Notes under the pieces: model-generated
Database searches by the model: none
Told to the model about the DNA's origin: nothing
The model's input: the letters and a program-made list of their open reading frames with translations, nothing else
Position numbers and translations under genes: made by a program
Part shown: positions 62,029-64,000 of the stretch, one piece after another
How the letters are laid out: the number at the start of each line of letters is the position of its first letter
Numbering within the stretch: the first letter of the stretch is position 1
Source: an uncultured Acidobacteriota bacterium
GTDB taxonomy: Bacteria > Acidobacteriota > Polarisedimenticolia > J045
Assembly (NCBI GenBank): GCA_963702425.1
Contig: CAVPCQ010000035.1
Location: 11,781-75,780 of the forward strand
Length of the DNA stretch: 64,000 nt
Direction of reading: 5' to 3'

Positions 62029-62794
62029 GACGCAGCCGCGCCCCGCTCGTCGTCACGGCCGCGGTCCTGGTCTTCTTCTACCTGCCCGTGCTCGTGCTGG
62101 TCGTCAACTCCTTCAACGCCTCGCGCTTCTCGGCCGGCTGGGAGGGGTTCACGCTCGACTGGTACCGCCGGCTCTGGGACGCCCGGGAGATCTGGCACGC
62201 GCTGCGCAACACGCTCATCGTCGCGGTCGTCGCCACCACCGTCTCGACCGTGCTCGGCACGACGGCCGCCTTCGCGCTCCACCGCTACGACGACCGGCTG
62301 CAGCGGCTGCACTACCTGATGATCTACACCCCGCTGGTGATTCCCGAGATCCTGATGGGGATGAGCCTGCTGCTGTTCTTCGTCGCGGTCGGCTTCGAGC
62401 TCGGCCTGGCGACGATCATCCTGTCCCACGTCACCTTCTCGATGAGCTACGTGGCGATGACCGTGCTCGGCCGGCTGCAGGACTTCGACTGGTCGCTGAT
62501 CGAAGCCGCCCAGGACCTCGGCGCCGACTGGTGGACGACGATCCGCCGCGTGCTCCTTCCGCTGCTCGCGCCCGGCATCGCGGCCGGCGCGCTGCTCGCC
62601 TTCACACTGTCGATGGACGACTTCGTCATCACGTTCTTCGTCGCCGGGCCGGGCTCGACGACGCTGCCGGTCCGGATCTACAGCATGATCAAGCACGGGG
62701 AGCCGCCGCTGATCAACGCGCTCTCGACGCTCCTGCTCCTGGTCACTTTCGTCACGGTCTGGCTAAGCCAGCGCCTGATGGGGGACAACGATGA
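62025..62794 (+). CDS. potC: Spermidine/putrescine ABC permease (probable indel just before the stop)
   Basis: FFYLP...SFN, GFTLDWY, PEILMG, EAAQDLGA, FTLSMDDFVIT, TTLP and INALST. Confidence 0.9.
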
Positions 62795-63839
62795 CCCCCA
62801 CGCCTCGCCGCCGTCACCACGGCCGCCGCCCTGCTGCTGGCCGCGCCGCTGCTGGTCGGACCGGGTGCTCGAAGAGCCAGCCCGTGCTCCACGTCTACAC
62901 CTGGGCCGACTACATCAAGCCCGAGCTGATCAAGGCGTTCGAGGCGGAGACCGGGGCCCAGGTCGTGATCGACACCTTCGACTCGAACGAGTCGATGTAC
63001 GCCAAGATCAAGGCCGGCGCCGCCGGCTACGACCTGATCACGCCCTCGAGCTACATGGTGAGCATCATGCAGAAGCAGGGCATGCTGCAACCGATCGACC
63101 ACGCGAAGATCCCCAACCTGTCCACGTGGACTCCGATACCTGGCGATCGCGATCGACCCGAAGATGCAGCACACCGTCCCCTACATGCTGACGAACACCG
63201 GGATCGCGTACCTGGGAAGCAAGGTCCCGGATGTCGAGCCGTCTTGGGCGATGTTCGACCGCGCCGACCTCGGCCGCCGCGTGACGATGCTCAACGACAT
63301 GCGCGAGACGATCGGCGCGGCGCTCAAGTTCCTGGGCTACAGCCTCAACACCACCGACGACCGGCAGCTCGAAGAGGCCCGCGACGTCGTCATCCGCTGG
63401 AAGAAGAACCTGGCCAAGTTCGAGAACGAGCAGTACAAGAGCGGCATCGCCTCGGGCGAGTTCCTGCTGGTCCACGGCTATTGCGGCGACATCCTGCAGG
63501 TCGAGGGCGAAAACGACGACATCGGTTCTTCGCCCCGCGGGAGGGGGGCTCCGTGTCGTGCGACGATCTCGTCATCCTCAAGGCCGCCAAGGAGGTCGAG
63601 CTCGCCCACGCCTTCATCAACTTCCTGCACGACCCGAAGCGCGCGGCGGAGAACAGCGAGTTCATCGGCTACCTTTGTCCCAACTCGGCGGCTACCCGAT
63701 GCTGCCCGAGGAGTTCCGCTCGAACCCGGCGGTCTTGCTCGACCCGGCGGTGAAGGCGAAGAGCGAAGTGATCCTCGACCTGGGCGACGACAACGCGAAG
63801 TACACCCGCATCTGGGACCAGATCAAGGCGGCGGACTGA
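62791..63839 (+). CDS. potD: Spermidine/putrescine-binding lipoprotein (several frameshifts)
   Basis: Lipobox TGC, LHVYTWADYI, FDSNESMYAK, YDLITPSSY, MLNDMRE, AFINFL and WDQIK, spread over three frames. Confidence 0.88.
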
Positions 63840-63867
63840 ACCCGCTGCATTCCGGCACGAGGCTCTC

Positions 63868-64000
63868 ATGAAAGACTTCCTGAAGATGTTCTTCGCGAGC
63901 CTGCTCGCGATCGAGCTTCGTCGCGGCCGGGCTGTTGATGGCGTTGCTCCTGGTGGCGATCCTGGCCGCCGGTTCGGCCGGCCAGAGCGGCGCGCCGGCG
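63868..64000 (+). CDS. 5' end of a membrane-anchored protein, possibly signal peptide peptidase SppA
   Basis: MKDFLKMFFASLLA followed by a hydrophobic stretch resembles long-form SppA N-termini. Only ~44 codons are visible. Confidence 0.4.
   Translation, partial: MKDFLKMFFASLLAIELRRGRAVDGVAPGGDPGRRFGRPERRAG

Noticed and set aside
62025-63839. Possible PotC-PotD fusion
   Set aside because: An ATGA overlap at 62791-62794 and a lipoprotein signal for PotD indicate two genes with indels.

Overview
This is a very GC-rich bacterial chromosomal window. The gene content suggests an Acidobacteriota-like lineage, which is inference only. About a dozen otherwise intact genes carry single-base indels, which looks like an unpolished long-read assembly. 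Housekeeping genes include sucA-sucB-lpdA, icd, fumC, aroC-aroKB-aroQ, kynU, potABCD, a heterodimeric ABC exporter and a large hybrid sensor kinase. Main observations: (1) an ArsC-like selenoprotein (UxxC, in-frame TGA plus a SECIS-like hairpin) that the ORF track splits, in an apparent operon with a hemerythrin; (2) an ~8 kb cargo island between aroC and fumC, flanked by a ~190 bp duplication of the back-to-back 5' ends of both genes, with one copy of each decayed; (3) a 188 bp fold-back MITE with a CTAG target duplication nested in a dead DDE transposase inside that island; (4) a NikR / TonB-receptor locus with a secreted nucleoside hydrolase-FmdE fusion; (5) a cytochrome c lipoprotein, a cytochrome c-DUF5777 barrel fusion and a cupredoxin in one cluster; (6) three unrelated secreted proteins ending in a similar FN3-like C-terminal module, a candidate lineage-specific sorting or anchoring domain; (7) GTAG-type REP repeats and two candidate operators. 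I saw no rRNA, tRNA or CRISPR array. All family assignments are by eye from motifs; no database search was run.
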